From Promethearchaeota archaeon (GTDB taxonomy: Archaea; Asgardarchaeota; Lokiarchaeia; Sigyniarchaeales; SOKP01): DNA of 64,000 nucleotides. The translations under genes and the position numbers were made by a program. Under the pieces are notes generated by a model. It searched no databases. It was not told the DNA's origin and saw only the letters and a program-made list of their open reading frames with translations. The stretch lies in contig JAGXNS010000001.1 in the NCBI GenBank assembly GCA_019894855.1, positions 3,966 through 67,965 of the forward strand. Reading direction: 5' to 3'. Shown piece by piece: positions 28,213 through 39,200 of the stretch. Each line of letters starts with the position of its first letter. Position 1 is the first letter of the stretch.

Positions 28213-28737
28213 ATGGAAGATGTTGCAATTAAAAAAGACGAAACCCCGTATTTAATCTTCGCCTGCAGAAAATGTAGAGAATTCTCTTACGTAAAGACAA
28301 CTCAGAAATCTAAGAAGTGCTTAAGGTGCGGTAGAAGCCACCAAGTGTCCAATATTTTAAAAGAGGCTGAAGTGGTATTCGGCATGACGGAAGCCGTGAA
28401 TACAGTGAAAAGAAAACAGAACGAGTTTGCATTACCGGAATTTCGTTCGGGAAGCGATTTTGTTGTTGCTACACATAAAGTAGCTAAACCAATAAATAGC
28501 ACAGACACCTTGAAAAACAATTCTCAAGAAATTGATTACAAATTTACGTTTAACAAGATGTTAATCGATCTTTCAAGAATTTTCAAGAGATTTCCGAGTT
28601 ATATGCTTGAGATCATGGCAGAAGATTATAAAATTCCCACAATAGAGTTAAAAACCCTAATTAGAAGCGCTGAAAAAAGCGGGATGCTGATCAAGAATGG
28701 AGACGATGATATGTATTACATGCCTAAAAAGAAATAG
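28213..28737 (+). CDS. zinc-ribbon protein (DUF1922-like) with a helical C-terminal domain
   Basis: CRKC-x16-CLRCG ribbon near the N-terminus. It starts 4 nt after the helicase stop, suggesting co-translation. Confidence 0.5.
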   Translation: MEDVAIKKDETPYLIFACRKCREFSYVKTTQKSKKCLRCGRSHQVSNILKEAEVVFGMTEAVNTVKRKQNEFALPEFRSGSDFVVATHKVAKPINSTDTLKNNSQEIDYKFTFNKMLIDLSRIFKRFPSYMLEIMAEDYKIPTIELKTLIRSAEKSGMLIKNGDDDMYYMPKKK

Positions 28738-28744
28738 ATAAATA

Positions 28745-29005
28745 CTATTTTACTCCGATTTTTAAAACTCTTATAGCGTCTGCAAACTCTTGTCTCATAA
28801 TGGTTTGATAGAGTGGGTATCGTTTCTCAAACGGTATTTTTTCGTAGCCAGCATATACATCTGGAACGTGTGAATCCCCCATTACTTCTGAGAAAGGGAC
28901 TATAATTTTCGATAACACCGACTTGAAGTTATCGTAGTTCCTTATTTCAATTATGATTGGTCCATGTTCTTCTTTTTTACTCGCTTCTAAACCCATTGTT
29001 CTCAC
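28745..29005 (-). CDS. small protein, PFSE/IPF family member 1
   Basis: IIVPFSEVMGDSHVPDVYAGYEKIPFEKRYPLYQTIMRQEF matches four other ORFs in the window. Confidence 0.6.
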   Translation of the reverse strand: MRTMGLEASKKEEHGPIIIEIRNYDNFKSVLSKIIVPFSEVMGDSHVPDVYAGYEKIPFEKRYPLYQTIMRQEFADAIRVLKIGVK

Positions 29006-29057
29006 ATTTTATTGATTTTTACACGGTAAAATTAAGAGAAGTATTTAATGAAAAATT

Positions 29058-29345
29058 TTAGAATTCAGAATTATTCTTGTTTACTTCTTTCAGGTAAAGC
29101 TTCATGAAAAACCGTTGTCGCTTCAAATATCCTTTGATTCGCTCTGAATTCATATCGGGGTCGTTTTTAATTAGGTTTTGAATAAACTTGAGCGCCTCTA
29201 AATTCTGTTCTTTGGTTTTATCGAATTGTTTTATCATGTAATTGTCTTGCCCACCTTCAGATTCCAAATAGACCAAGAACTCCGTTATTCTCACTTTCTT
29301 TTTGTCGTGGATGGCAAATGGATCGTTCTTGGTCTCAGAATCCAT
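29058..29345 (-). CDS. hypothetical small protein
   Basis: 95-aa ORF between family members 1 and 2 on the same strand. Confidence 0.4.
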   Translation of the reverse strand: MDSETKNDPFAIHDKKKVRITEFLVYLESEGGQDNYMIKQFDKTKEQNLEALKFIQNLIKNDPDMNSERIKGYLKRQRFFMKLYLKEVNKNNSEF

Positions 29346-29457
29346 TATAATATGCTTACGAATCCTTTACATAAAAAGGAAAAATTTACCTATGGGAAAT
29401 CCATTGCGGAAATTTAAATTCCGCTTCTCATATTAGTGATGTAAGCTAACAAAAGTA

Positions 29458-29484
29458 TCAGGGTAGGGGTCCTACCTGATTTTT
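29458..29484. terminator. GC-rich hairpin flanked by T-runs on both strands
   Basis: TCAGGGTAGG-GGT-CCTACCTGA (8 bp plus one bulge) is followed by TTTTT on the plus strand and by ATACTTTT on the minus strand. It sits just downstream of the stop of family member 2. Confidence 0.35.
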
Positions 29485-29491
29485 CTGATAT

Positions 29492-29737
29492 TTAACAAGA
29501 ATTATTCGATGATTCACCAATTTGCTCAATAAATTCATTTAATAAAATTTCTTTAAATTTCGGGTGTCTTACTTTGAATGGCATTTCTTCCAATCCATTA
29601 TATAAATATGATTTTTTTTTGGAATTTCCAAACTCGGAGAATGGTATTATAATATTATTGAAATTAACAAACTCCTCCTCATAGGATTCATTAATATGAA
29701 CAAAACGTAACTTTCTTTCTACTGAATGTGAACTCAT
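29492..29737 (-). CDS. small protein, PFSE/IPF family member 2
   Basis: IIIPFSEFGNSKKKSYLYNGLEEMPFKVRHPKFKEILLNEF. Confidence 0.6.
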   Translation of the reverse strand: MSSHSVERKLRFVHINESYEEEFVNFNNIIIPFSEFGNSKKKSYLYNGLEEMPFKVRHPKFKEILLNEFIEQIGESSNNSC

Positions 29738-29993
29738 AATAAAAAACCTTTCATAAAATTGTAGTTATATCTATAATTAAATCCTAATTTTTAAAATATA
29801 AATTCAATTGGTATAAAAATGAAGTTTTTCAACTCTTTTTCTAATAATCTACAAATAAAAACTTAAAGATTGTAATTTTATCCTTTAATTTCTTTAAATT
29901 CAACTTCATAAAATATCGCTCACTTTCAGAAAACTCTAATTTCTATTTTTTGGAAAGATTTGAACAATTCAATAGATTTTTAGAATTCATTAT

Positions 29994-32579
29994 TTAATTT
30001 TCCTTTTTTATTATTTTTTTACATAGATTAATTCCTAAGCCCGTTTTTCGATTTAATACGTAAGGATTTTCTTTTTTTACCTGAGTAGCGGTGTGGTATC
30101 CCGCGTTGTATAATATCCTCGCTCTTACTCTTGCCACATTGTCTAATCTTAAGACCAAATCAAATAATTCTTCGCTAATTCCGTAATGCACTCGAATTTT
30201 AAGCGTTTCGGCCATTTCCGCTACTCCAACCATGGCTTCAGCGATGTCTGGATCGGACTCACTTAAATGGACCGCGATAATACCAATGAAAGTTATAATC
30301 CGTTCTAAATTGTCCTTAGTGGTATAAAGATCGCCTGCCATTATCTTGTGTCGCTCCAAAATGTCGTCAATTGGCTCTTCGTCGCACCACTCCAAGATAG
30401 GTTGGAGTATTTTGTAGTTTCTAACCCTTAATTCTGCCTTGAGCACCTCGTAGGCTTCTTTTACGATGTCTTGATATGTTTCTATCGCTGCATTTTCGAG
30501 CTTGTACCTTATTAAAACTCCTGAAACTGGATAAAGATACAATCGGATAATGAGCTTTCCGAACTGCGAGCATTTTATGGTTCCATCGTCTTGTTTGATG
30601 ATTAACCCTTTTTCGAACAAGTAATTAAGCACATATTGGTTCTTTACCGACTTAGGAACAATGTCTTCTACGTATTTCTGGAAGTTCTGGTCGGGGATGC
30701 CGATTAGGTGTAGTAAAAACGTAGTGACGTGCTCACAAAAGTCAAAAGAGAATTGATTGTCGTCGTAGCTGTTGGATATCCCGTTTTCAAACCCACACGA
30801 GCATCGTATCCCTACATCGATATCGAATTCCGCAAAAAATACTCCAAAATCGGTTTTAATGTAGCCCGATATGTTAGACTTAGTTAATTTGGTTATCTTA
30901 ATCTGGTGGTGGCGACTGGACAAGTTATCGACTTTTTTAGGGTTGGAATGAAGTTTTAGGATGTTAACCGGAGTAATTTCTTTAATCATCAAGAGTTGAT
31001 CGATGGGAATCTGCCGCCGTTCCATTTTATTTTTGATGCCATACCAAAAATAAGTTTTCTCGAAGAACTCTTTTAATTTATCTAACGTGATAGTTTTTTC
31101 CTCGTAGATCCGCAGAAGCACTTGTTCTTTTAAAGTGTTAAGCTTATTAAGACCCGAAGTTAAATCGTTGTATTTAGGAGTATAAGTTTCAGATGGAAAA
31201 GAGTTCTGGAAGTAATGATCCTCGATCCAGTCCCGTTCGTCTATATTACTCGCTAGTAAATAGCCAAAACCTTCTGAGTCCAGTCCTGGTCTTCCTGCTC
31301 GACCGAGCATTTGAAAAACGGAATTGGCAGAGAACGGCATAAAATATGAGAATCCGTCTCCGTTCTCGTGAAAACCAGAAAAGTTTTTAATGTTGTGGCC
31401 TGAAGTCACATATCGTTTAAAATCTTTTACTATTACTACTCTGGCAGGCATGTTAAGACCGGCACTTAAAGTAGTGGTACAACAGATTATTTTAATTATT
31501 CGTTTTCGATAGGCGTCTTCAACGAGTTTTCTCTCTTTTGGAAGGAGTCCGGCGTGATGGAAAGCCACTCCACATTTAACAGCTTTTTTAAGTATTGCGT
31601 GCCTTCCTTTAATTTTACTGAGTTTTTCTTCCACTTTCTTGCATGCTTTCAGCTCAGCTTCGGAAATCTGTGCTTTAACCAAATTTTTTAGGTTTTGGGT
31701 CATTTGTTGGGTCGATTTTCTTTTGTTGAGGAATACTAATATTTGTCCATTGTTTTCTAAAGTAGCTTTTACGAGTTTTTTGATGGTTGAGTCTTTGTTT
31801 TGTGTAATTTTTATTCTATAGTGTAAAGGAACCGGTCGTTCGTCAGAAATTATTAGCTTAGTATCGTTGCCGAGAGAAGAAAGCCAAGAATTAAAAAATT
31901 CAGGATTTTTAATGGTAGCTGAGAGCCCTATTATCTGTGGTTGGTGTAGAAACTCGTTTAACCTCACGATAAGCGATTCCAACCTCGGTCCACGACTTGA
32001 CTCGCCGATGATATGTATCTCGTCTATAATGATAGTCGAAATATCAAATATCCACTCCTTATCGCTAAAGTTCCGCAAGATTGAGTCCATTTTCTCGTAT
32101 GTCGTAACTATTAAATCTGCTTTTGCTAAACGAGAATCGTCCACATCGTAATCACCTATCGATAACTCGGTTTTAACACCGAACCGTTCGTAGGATTTTT
32201 TGAAATGAACATATTTTTCAGTGGCAAGCGCTTTGTAAGGCACTAAGTAGATTGACTTACCAAATTTTTGAAAGATGTTGTTTAATGCAGACACTTCTCC
32301 TATCAAAGTCTTACCACTTCCCGAGGGCGCACAGACCATAAACGACTTTCGAAAGAACAACCCTTTTTGAATCGCTTCTTTCTGAATTTGCCGGAGCTTA
32401 AAAATTTTTTGCTCGAACAATACTCGAAGGATGCGCTCGTCTTGAATGAATTGAAATATTTCATCTTCCTTTCTTTCTTCATCTGTTGTATTTTTAGAAT
32501 TGCTATAATTAGTAAGAGACATATCCCGTGGTTTTTCTGCAAAAAGCTGTGTTGTTGATTCCCATAACAGTTTTTGCAC
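29994..32579 (-). CDS. Hel308/Ski2-like DNA helicase with an inserted SWIM-type zinc finger
   Basis: APSGSGKT (I), IIDEIH (II), SAT (III) and MLGRAGRPG (VI). C-terminal HhH-like RARILYNAGYHTATQV. CSC-x21-CEH insertion. Confidence 0.85.
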   Translation of the reverse strand: MQKLLWESTTQLFAEKPRDMSLTNYSNSKNTTDEERKEDEIFQFIQDERILRVLFEQKIFKLRQIQKEAIQKGLFFRKSFMVCAPSGSGKTLIGEVSALNNIFQKFGKSIYLVPYKALATEKYVHFKKSYERFGVKTELSIGDYDVDDSRLAKADLIVTTYEKMDSILRNFSDKEWIFDISTIIIDEIHIIGESSRGPRLESLIVRLNEFLHQPQIIGLSATIKNPEFFNSWLSSLGNDTKLIISDERPVPLHYRIKITQNKDSTIKKLVKATLENNGQILVFLNKRKSTQQMTQNLKNLVKAQISEAELKACKKVEEKLSKIKGRHAILKKAVKCGVAFHHAGLLPKERKLVEDAYRKRIIKIICCTTTLSAGLNMPARVVIVKDFKRYVTSGHNIKNFSGFHENGDGFSYFMPFSANSVFQMLGRAGRPGLDSEGFGYLLASNIDERDWIEDHYFQNSFPSETYTPKYNDLTSGLNKLNTLKEQVLLRIYEEKTITLDKLKEFFEKTYFWYGIKNKMERRQIPIDQLLMIKEITPVNILKLHSNPKKVDNLSSRHHQIKITKLTKSNISGYIKTDFGVFFAEFDIDVGIRCSCGFENGISNSYDDNQFSFDFCEHVTTFLLHLIGIPDQNFQKYVEDIVPKSVKNQYVLNYLFEKGLIIKQDDGTIKCSQFGKLIIRLYLYPVSGVLIRYKLENAAIETYQDIVKEAYEVLKAELRVRNYKILQPILEWCDEEPIDDILERHKIMAGDLYTTKDNLERIITFIGIIAVHLSESDPDIAEAMVGVAEMAETLKIRVHYGISEELFDLVLRLDNVARVRARILYNAGYHTATQVKKENPYVLNRKTGLGINLCKKIIKKEN

Positions 32580-32673
32580 TCGATCAAATATAAAGGAAAA
32601 ATCAAATTACCTTAACTCAATAAGAACTTTTTTTTCTTTATTAATGCTCGAATTTTCTTAGAAGAGATTATTT

Positions 32674-34539
32674 ATGACGGATGTATATGGAACCCACGAA
32701 AATATAATCAATAACCTTTCCAGGGACGATCTAACTAAGATCAAAGGGATTGGAACGACAACTTCCGAAAAATTATACAACGCTAAAATCGTAAGGATAC
32801 AACAAATAGCAGAGATGACGCCCGAAAAGTTATCGAAAACTCCTGGAATTGGATTAGCTTCGGCTACAAAGTTTATTGCCGCAGCTAAACTTTATTTAAG
32901 TGGTTCCCAAACAGGTGGAATTGCAAAAAATTCTCCACAAATTGTCCCCTCAATAAAGGACGAATTAACACCAGAACTTATTGAAAAATACGAAGTTACA
33001 GAAGTCGTCGTAGAAGAAATCGAAGAAATCAGTGATGAATCCCTAAAAGAAGTTAATGTAGATTTCGGACGCTCGCAATCTAATCAAAAATGGTTTTCCG
33101 ACAAGTTCAATTACTCGAGATTAACTGCATCTTACCATCCTATTTCAAAACGGACTAAAAATCCTAAAGATACCGTTGAAGAAGAATATGCCCTCATTGA
33201 AAACAAACAAAAAGACTATATGAGTATACCCGCTGAATATGAAGAAAACTCTATGCAAGAAACCATTCCTGAAGTAAATTTTAGACAGGATCAACCAGAC
33301 CTAAAAAATGTTATAGAAGATAAAGAGGTCGATTACACCCTAGTAGAACCAAATATTATCGATTTCGAGAATTCCAGAGAAAAATCTTTTGAGAGTAATA
33401 TTCACCAACAGATTAGCAACATGTTTAAGGATGTAGGTTGCTACGAAATACCGCGGTCGTTAGAATCGTTAAATCAGTTTACTACAAACCTAGATTATCT
33501 CGGGTGTAAGTTAGTAAAAGCTTCAGACAACCTTAAGTTTCTGTTTCTATTTCCTGTGAAATGGCTCGACGAAGAGGGAACGGTGTTAGTTGACGAGATC
33601 AAACTCGAATTAAAGTCGCACACGAAAAAAAACAATCTTGAAGCTTACAACAACCTAGAGCACATCAACCAGAACTTATTACAAGCCAGGGATTCGATGT
33701 ATGAAGATTTAGTTAATAACCAAAATATTCGCGAATTTTTCCAAAAATACTTACAAGTTACCCTTTCTTTAGAGAGAGGGTTCGGAAGCAAGAGTTTGTT
33801 TTTTCTTTCTGGATCTTCTCAGTACAAAGTCGTTATCGAACCTATCTTACTTTGTAACAATCCTCCCCGAAGTATGGAAAAAACGCTTGCTTTCCCGTAC
33901 CAAAGAAGCACGAACCTTCACGCTGTTACCAGACTCGACTTAGCTCCTTTGATAAAATTTTTAGAAAAGAAATATCAAATGATCGAGAAGAGAACGAAAA
34001 AAACAAACTTGGTTAAAGATTTTAGACAATCGGAAGAGAAACTTCGCACTAGAGTGAGAGCGACGTCCCTTCCGATTTTCGGGTACTCAGTAGCGCTCTT
34101 TATTATATATTTCGCAGAGTTGTATTTCTTACTGCGCTTGCTTAACACCATCGGGTTAGCCGTAGTAGGGATTTACATCTCTTTAGTAACACTTTTTTAT
34201 TTCAATTTTTACCGGAACAAAAAGCGATTCGCAGTTCAATTCGAAACTCCTTATTACCTGCAGAACTTAGAATTTAGCGAGATTGATTTACTTGATTTTA
34301 AGGAAGAACTCACAGATGAGTTGCTAACTCAATTTGGCTACGAATGCTTAGGGAAAAACGCTAGATTCGGAGTTATTGAGCAAAGTGAAGCAAACACATT
34401 AAAAAACAACTTAGAGGTTAAACGAATGGAACCAGAATTCCAAAATATGTTCGAACCTGAGCAAGTAAAAGCTGAAACCGTTAGTAATTCAACAACAAAA
34501 TACGGGAGCAAATACTCGTCGTTTTTAGACGACCCATAA
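32674..34539 (+). CDS. membrane protein with an N-terminal (HhH)2 DNA-binding-type domain
   Basis: LTKIKGIGTTTSEKLYNAKIVRIQQIAEMTPEKLSKTPGIGLASATKFIAAAKL forms two helix-hairpin-helix motifs. An acidic linker follows, with a TM hairpin near aa 470-520. Confidence 0.6.
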   Translation: MTDVYGTHENIINNLSRDDLTKIKGIGTTTSEKLYNAKIVRIQQIAEMTPEKLSKTPGIGLASATKFIAAAKLYLSGSQTGGIAKNSPQIVPSIKDELTPELIEKYEVTEVVVEEIEEISDESLKEVNVDFGRSQSNQKWFSDKFNYSRLTASYHPISKRTKNPKDTVEEEYALIENKQKDYMSIPAEYEENSMQETIPEVNFRQDQPDLKNVIEDKEVDYTLVEPNIIDFENSREKSFESNIHQQISNMFKDVGCYEIPRSLESLNQFTTNLDYLGCKLVKASDNLKFLFLFPVKWLDEEGTVLVDEIKLELKSHTKKNNLEAYNNLEHINQNLLQARDSMYEDLVNNQNIREFFQKYLQVTLSLERGFGSKSLFFLSGSSQYKVVIEPILLCNNPPRSMEKTLAFPYQRSTNLHAVTRLDLAPLIKFLEKKYQMIEKRTKKTNLVKDFRQSEEKLRTRVRATSLPIFGYSVALFIIYFAELYFLLRLLNTIGLAVVGIYISLVTLFYFNFYRNKKRFAVQFETPYYLQNLEFSEIDLLDFKEELTDELLTQFGYECLGKNARFGVIEQSEANTLKNNLEVKRMEPEFQNMFEPEQVKAETVSNSTTKYGSKYSSFLDDP

Positions 34540-34587
34540 ATTTTTTTCTTTATAAATTCTCATCGATTTTGGGCTCTATAAGTAAAA

Positions 34588-35361
34588 ATGAATAGAGTTT
34601 TATGTGACATGTCGATAAATATCAAGTCAGGATATAAAATAATTTTTATAATTGGTCTTATCTTTAGCTTCGCTTCGGTGTTTTTAGATTGGTATTACAT
34701 CCAAGGAGTGCTTGATAATAGCGGAGAGCCCATTATGTCGTGGATTTACAACACTTTATTTGGCTGGAGCACTTTATTTACGGAAGCGAATATGTTTAAC
34801 GAATCTTACAGACCACAAAACGCTACTATGCCCGTTGTCATAGTGATGGTTCTTATTGCTTTAGTCTTCCTTTCAGCATATTCAACGCTTTTTCACGATG
34901 TAGAAAAAGGAGGCAACCTGTTAAAAGTAAAGAGGTTTGGCTTTATTACGATTTCGTTAGTTACTCTAATTGGATTTTTCGTGTTGGTGTTCCCTTTATT
35001 TTTTTTATTACCAAACGATCTATATTATCCTTTTATGGTCTATTACGATTATGAATTAGAACTCACGCTTTCTTATTCGATGGGCCCTGGATATTGGTTT
35101 CAGGTGATCGCTTTCGGATGTACATTTCCGTATGCGTTGTTCAACCAGTCGGTAATAAGTACTTTTGAAAAAGAACAGTATGCTCCAGCGGAAGTTATAA
35201 AAACATATATTGAAAATGTGAAGGAACAATTTGATTTAGATAAATTAATTGCTCAAGAAGAATTGGAAATTGAATCCACTCAATTACAGCGGAAAATTGA
35301 TCCTAAGAACGAAGTAGAGCAAATTTACGAAGACTTTTTAGCTACGAGGGGGAGAAAGTGA
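34588..35361 (+). CDS. polytopic membrane protein
   Basis: Four or five hydrophobic helices and an acidic coiled C-terminal tail. Its stop overlaps the next GTG start (GTGA). Confidence 0.55.
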   Translation: MNRVLCDMSINIKSGYKIIFIIGLIFSFASVFLDWYYIQGVLDNSGEPIMSWIYNTLFGWSTLFTEANMFNESYRPQNATMPVVIVMVLIALVFLSAYSTLFHDVEKGGNLLKVKRFGFITISLVTLIGFFVLVFPLFFLLPNDLYYPFMVYYDYELELTLSYSMGPGYWFQVIAFGCTFPYALFNQSVISTFEKEQYAPAEVIKTYIENVKEQFDLDKLIAQEELEIESTQLQRKIDPKNEVEQIYEDFLATRGRK

Positions 35362-36212
35362 GCGAGCGGTTGCTTGATGTTAAGTTAAAGCGACTGATCC
35401 AGCTCTGTAAGGAAACAGGCAACTATAAAAAGCTAGCCGTGGTAAGCTTTGTGCTCGTAAGCAACACAGTTGACGAAATAGGGATAAAATTAGGCATGCG
35501 AACGAGAGAGAAGGACTCGGGCGAAAATATTTTTGAATACATGAAACTCGTAAATAAAATTTTTGCCTTTAATTTCAATGTAATGGTGTTTAAACCAGAA
35601 CTTATAGAGAAATTGTCTCAAATCGAGCTTTTATTTTTGAAACGACAGGGGGATATAAATCTTGAGCAGGTGAAAAGCGTGATTGAAGCGTATTACGAGC
35701 TTCGGAAGCTAGAAGTCCCAAATTTACACGAAAATATTAATTCAGAAGTTTTGAACCGAAATCGTACGGTATCGATGTTTTCTTTTCTTTCAGGTGGTCA
35801 ATCTAAAAGACGAAAAAGTGAAAATACGCTTAACCCAATGTTAATGCAAAGATTCAAAGACGAGGAAAAAGCGCTTCAAATACAGCTCGAACAAAAATTC
35901 GATAAAAACGCTTTCGAAAAGATTTTACACTTGAAAACTGTACGGAAGAATTTGGAGCAAAAATCGAGGGGAAAGATCGTAATATCGGGGGCTTTAAAGG
36001 ACAATATATCGTATCGTCAATCAAAAGAAAACATTGGACAGTTAATGATCTTCAGCTTAATTATATTATTTGCCATGATTGGGGCGGTGCTATTAGTGGA
36101 ATCTTTTATGTATGGTGTTTTATCGATGTCTATTAGCAATACAACCCTCATTTGTTTTGGTGTTATTGTAATCTTAATTTTTATTAACAAATTGTATTAT
36201 GGAAAAAGGTGA
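35358..36212 (+). CDS. hypothetical protein with C-terminal TM hairpin
   Basis: GTG 35358 is preceded by GAGGGGGAGAAA. Soluble helical N-terminal part, two C-terminal TM helices. Confidence 0.55.
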   Translation: MSERLLDVKLKRLIQLCKETGNYKKLAVVSFVLVSNTVDEIGIKLGMRTREKDSGENIFEYMKLVNKIFAFNFNVMVFKPELIEKLSQIELLFLKRQGDINLEQVKSVIEAYYELRKLEVPNLHENINSEVLNRNRTVSMFSFLSGGQSKRRKSENTLNPMLMQRFKDEEKALQIQLEQKFDKNAFEKILHLKTVRKNLEQKSRGKIVISGALKDNISYRQSKENIGQLMIFSLIILFAMIGAVLLVESFMYGVLSMSISNTTLICFGVIVILIFINKLYYGKR

Positions 36213-36220
36213 AATAAAAA

Positions 36221-39200
36221 TTGGTAAAATCTTATGGAGAATTTTTAAGCGAAGACAATAATCAGAATAGGAATTGGAAAGAAAAGAACGAGAGTGGGAT
36301 AGAAACTGATAAGAATACGGATGAAGACCCCTTTTATAGCGTCTGGAATTCTTTTCCTTCCTATAAGGATATAGATAGTACCGACACGCTCAAAAAAGCG
36401 ATCTCGTTAGTGGTAATTGAATTTGTCTTGTTCGCTTCGCTTTTGCTAACAACGGTGGATTTTTTGCTCTCAATCAGCGCAACCGTAATAGTTGGAATAA
36501 GTTTTGTGCTCGTTTTTCGTAAAAATTTCTTTACTTTGCACCACTTTTTGGAGTTTGGAGCGTTTAACCCCTTTCAAAATTTCATATTCTGGCAGACCGA
36601 CTACGATAAGTCGGTGTTTTATTATACAAATCGCAGAGATATGATAACTACTGGCGTTAGTATTTTAAAAATTGGAGTGATGGCCGAAAATGTGTCAGCA
36701 AATCTACTTACATTTATCAAAGGATTACACAAAAATCGCACTCCGTATACCTTTCAAGTCATTCACAAACCGCTTCAGATAAGCAACAGTAAAGGTTACG
36801 ACAAAGCCTCGACTTTTGAGACCGTTATTTTATTTTCCACCTATTTTAAAATAAACGGGAAGATCAATAAATCAAAGTTAACTAAGTTAGTAAAAGAGCT
36901 TCGGCTAAGCACAACTGCACTAAAAACTGGGATTACTTCAAACTTTCACCATTTTAAAATATCATCCCTGACCGAGGATCAGTTAGTTGAGACGTTTCGA
37001 AGCACAGTTTTAAAACGAGATGTTCCAATAGAGTCCGATTCGAAAAGAGTTACTTGTAAAACCGTGCGCCCTAAATTAAGCGCTTCCGTTGCAAAATCGA
37101 TTTATATCGTTGCGTTAGTAGTAGTATTAGATTTATCGCTATTGTTTTTCAATTTACCTTTACTTTATAGGTTTTTACTCAATATCGGAATAATTGTTTT
37201 CTTATTATTGGTGTGGTGGCAGGAACTGTTCTTTCAGTTGTCAAAAGGTAAACTTTTCAGATCTAAGGAGATTAGGGTAATTGATCCTTTTAATAATATA
37301 GAATTTTTCAAGTCTAGAAAAACGCCTGAAATCATTTTTTACCAGATAGAAGGAAAAACCACAGGAGGGATTAAAATGGCAAACCTCTATTTTTGTAGTC
37401 CACCACCATATTGTAATCCCGATAAGTTTTACGAATCTCTAATTAAAGAAGGGATGCCATTTACGCTTACCTTCCAGTTAGGACCCTTAAATTTCGAAAA
37501 ATTCGACGAAGAAGGATTTGAATATTTAACAGAAAGAGAAAAATTTTACTTGTTAAAACGCAGAAAGATTCCTGTACAACGTGATAATTGGCTCAGACAA
37601 AAGGCAGGTATCTGGAGCGCGATTGCTACTTATTCTACTTCGGTAGTATCTAACGCGTCCTCACTCACATACGAAACTACGGACAAAATCGAAAGACGGT
37701 TGGTACAGCAATTCGCAGTTTTAAAAGCTGCTTTCGGGAACAATTTTATGAATTATATGATAAAACCGTTGAGGAACAATCTACTGGAATCAGGATTAAT
37801 ATTTGAAACCCTCAAGAACAAATTTTTCAGAAGGAACGGTACGCATCTTAATTATTTGCTGTTTCAAGGGAAAACCTTAAAATTTTTGACCACGATTTCG
37901 AATCAATTTAAAAAGGGAGTAGAAACGCAGTTAGCAGCAGAGTTCAATACCCCCTTGCAGCTTAAAAACGAAATTATTGTTGGCTCCACTATTAATACAG
38001 AATATTTAGAAACCGAGGTGCCTGCCGGGTTTTTATTTGACCAAGTGCGTAATTTAATCGTCACAAACGGTACAAACTCTAGTAGAGAATTCCTAACGCA
38101 AAAGATCGTGATAGAGTTAGTTAAATCAGGCTATCCTTCAGTAGTGTTCGATTTTACGGGTAATTGGTCGAAGATTATAAAAATATTTCAAGGCTCCATA
38201 TACGAAAATCATTTTATCTACCACAAACTAGGAAAAACTATCGTGATCAACCCGCTTCGTTCGGAGATACCTTACGATAAAAACAATCCTGCCTATTTAG
38301 ACTATATGTTTGATGCGTACGCGATGTGTTTTAAGAAAGACGAGCGGACCATCGAGACTTTTAAAAACACCATTCTTCGAAACCCCGACATTGATGTATC
38401 GACTTTGGTCTTAGATTTAACTTCCCAACGAGACTGGGAGAAATCTTCGGTCACTGATACGTTATTATCCTTTTTTAAGGAGTTTACTCCCCAAGAGTCT
38501 TCGTTTATTCAACGTCAACAACCCCAAACACTACACTCTGCGCAAGCGCACGAGTTCATAACTAACGACAAAACGGTGATTATAGACCTCTCAGATGTAA
38601 GAGATTACGACAAACAGTGCTATTTTGCTTTTGTTGTATTGTCTAAAATGATTCATTACTTGAAAATTGGAGAAGCATTTACTCCAAAATTTATTGTAAT
38701 ACCACACATTGATGTAGTTTTTGATGGTTTTTTCTTAGATAAGAAAATTCAATACGGCAAGATCGATAAGTTCTTTTCCCCATTTGTCAATAAAGGCTTT
38801 GGAACCTTAATTTCTGCATCGCAAATAAGGTATTTACACCCTAACGTGTTTAATTACTTCAATAACATGATAACTTTTCGAACATCTGATAAAAGAGATG
38901 TGGCGGTGCTCAACGGACAAATGAATTTAGAGAACCTACACGGAGTCGGCTACTACAGCAGTCGGAGGAACGAAGGTTATCAGACGAGATATATCGGAGC
39001 GATGAAACAAAACGAGGCGGTGGTGAAACGAGAGGACATATACCAATCTTTCCCCGTGCAATTTGACTTCGAAGAATTACAGCTCGCAAAACCTCTATCG
39101 TGGGAGGAGATCGTGAGCTACATGGAAAAACAAGGCTACGATTTAGAAAAAACCAAGAATAAAATTATGAAAAGGGCACAGACTACCTTGTTCGAAAGCG

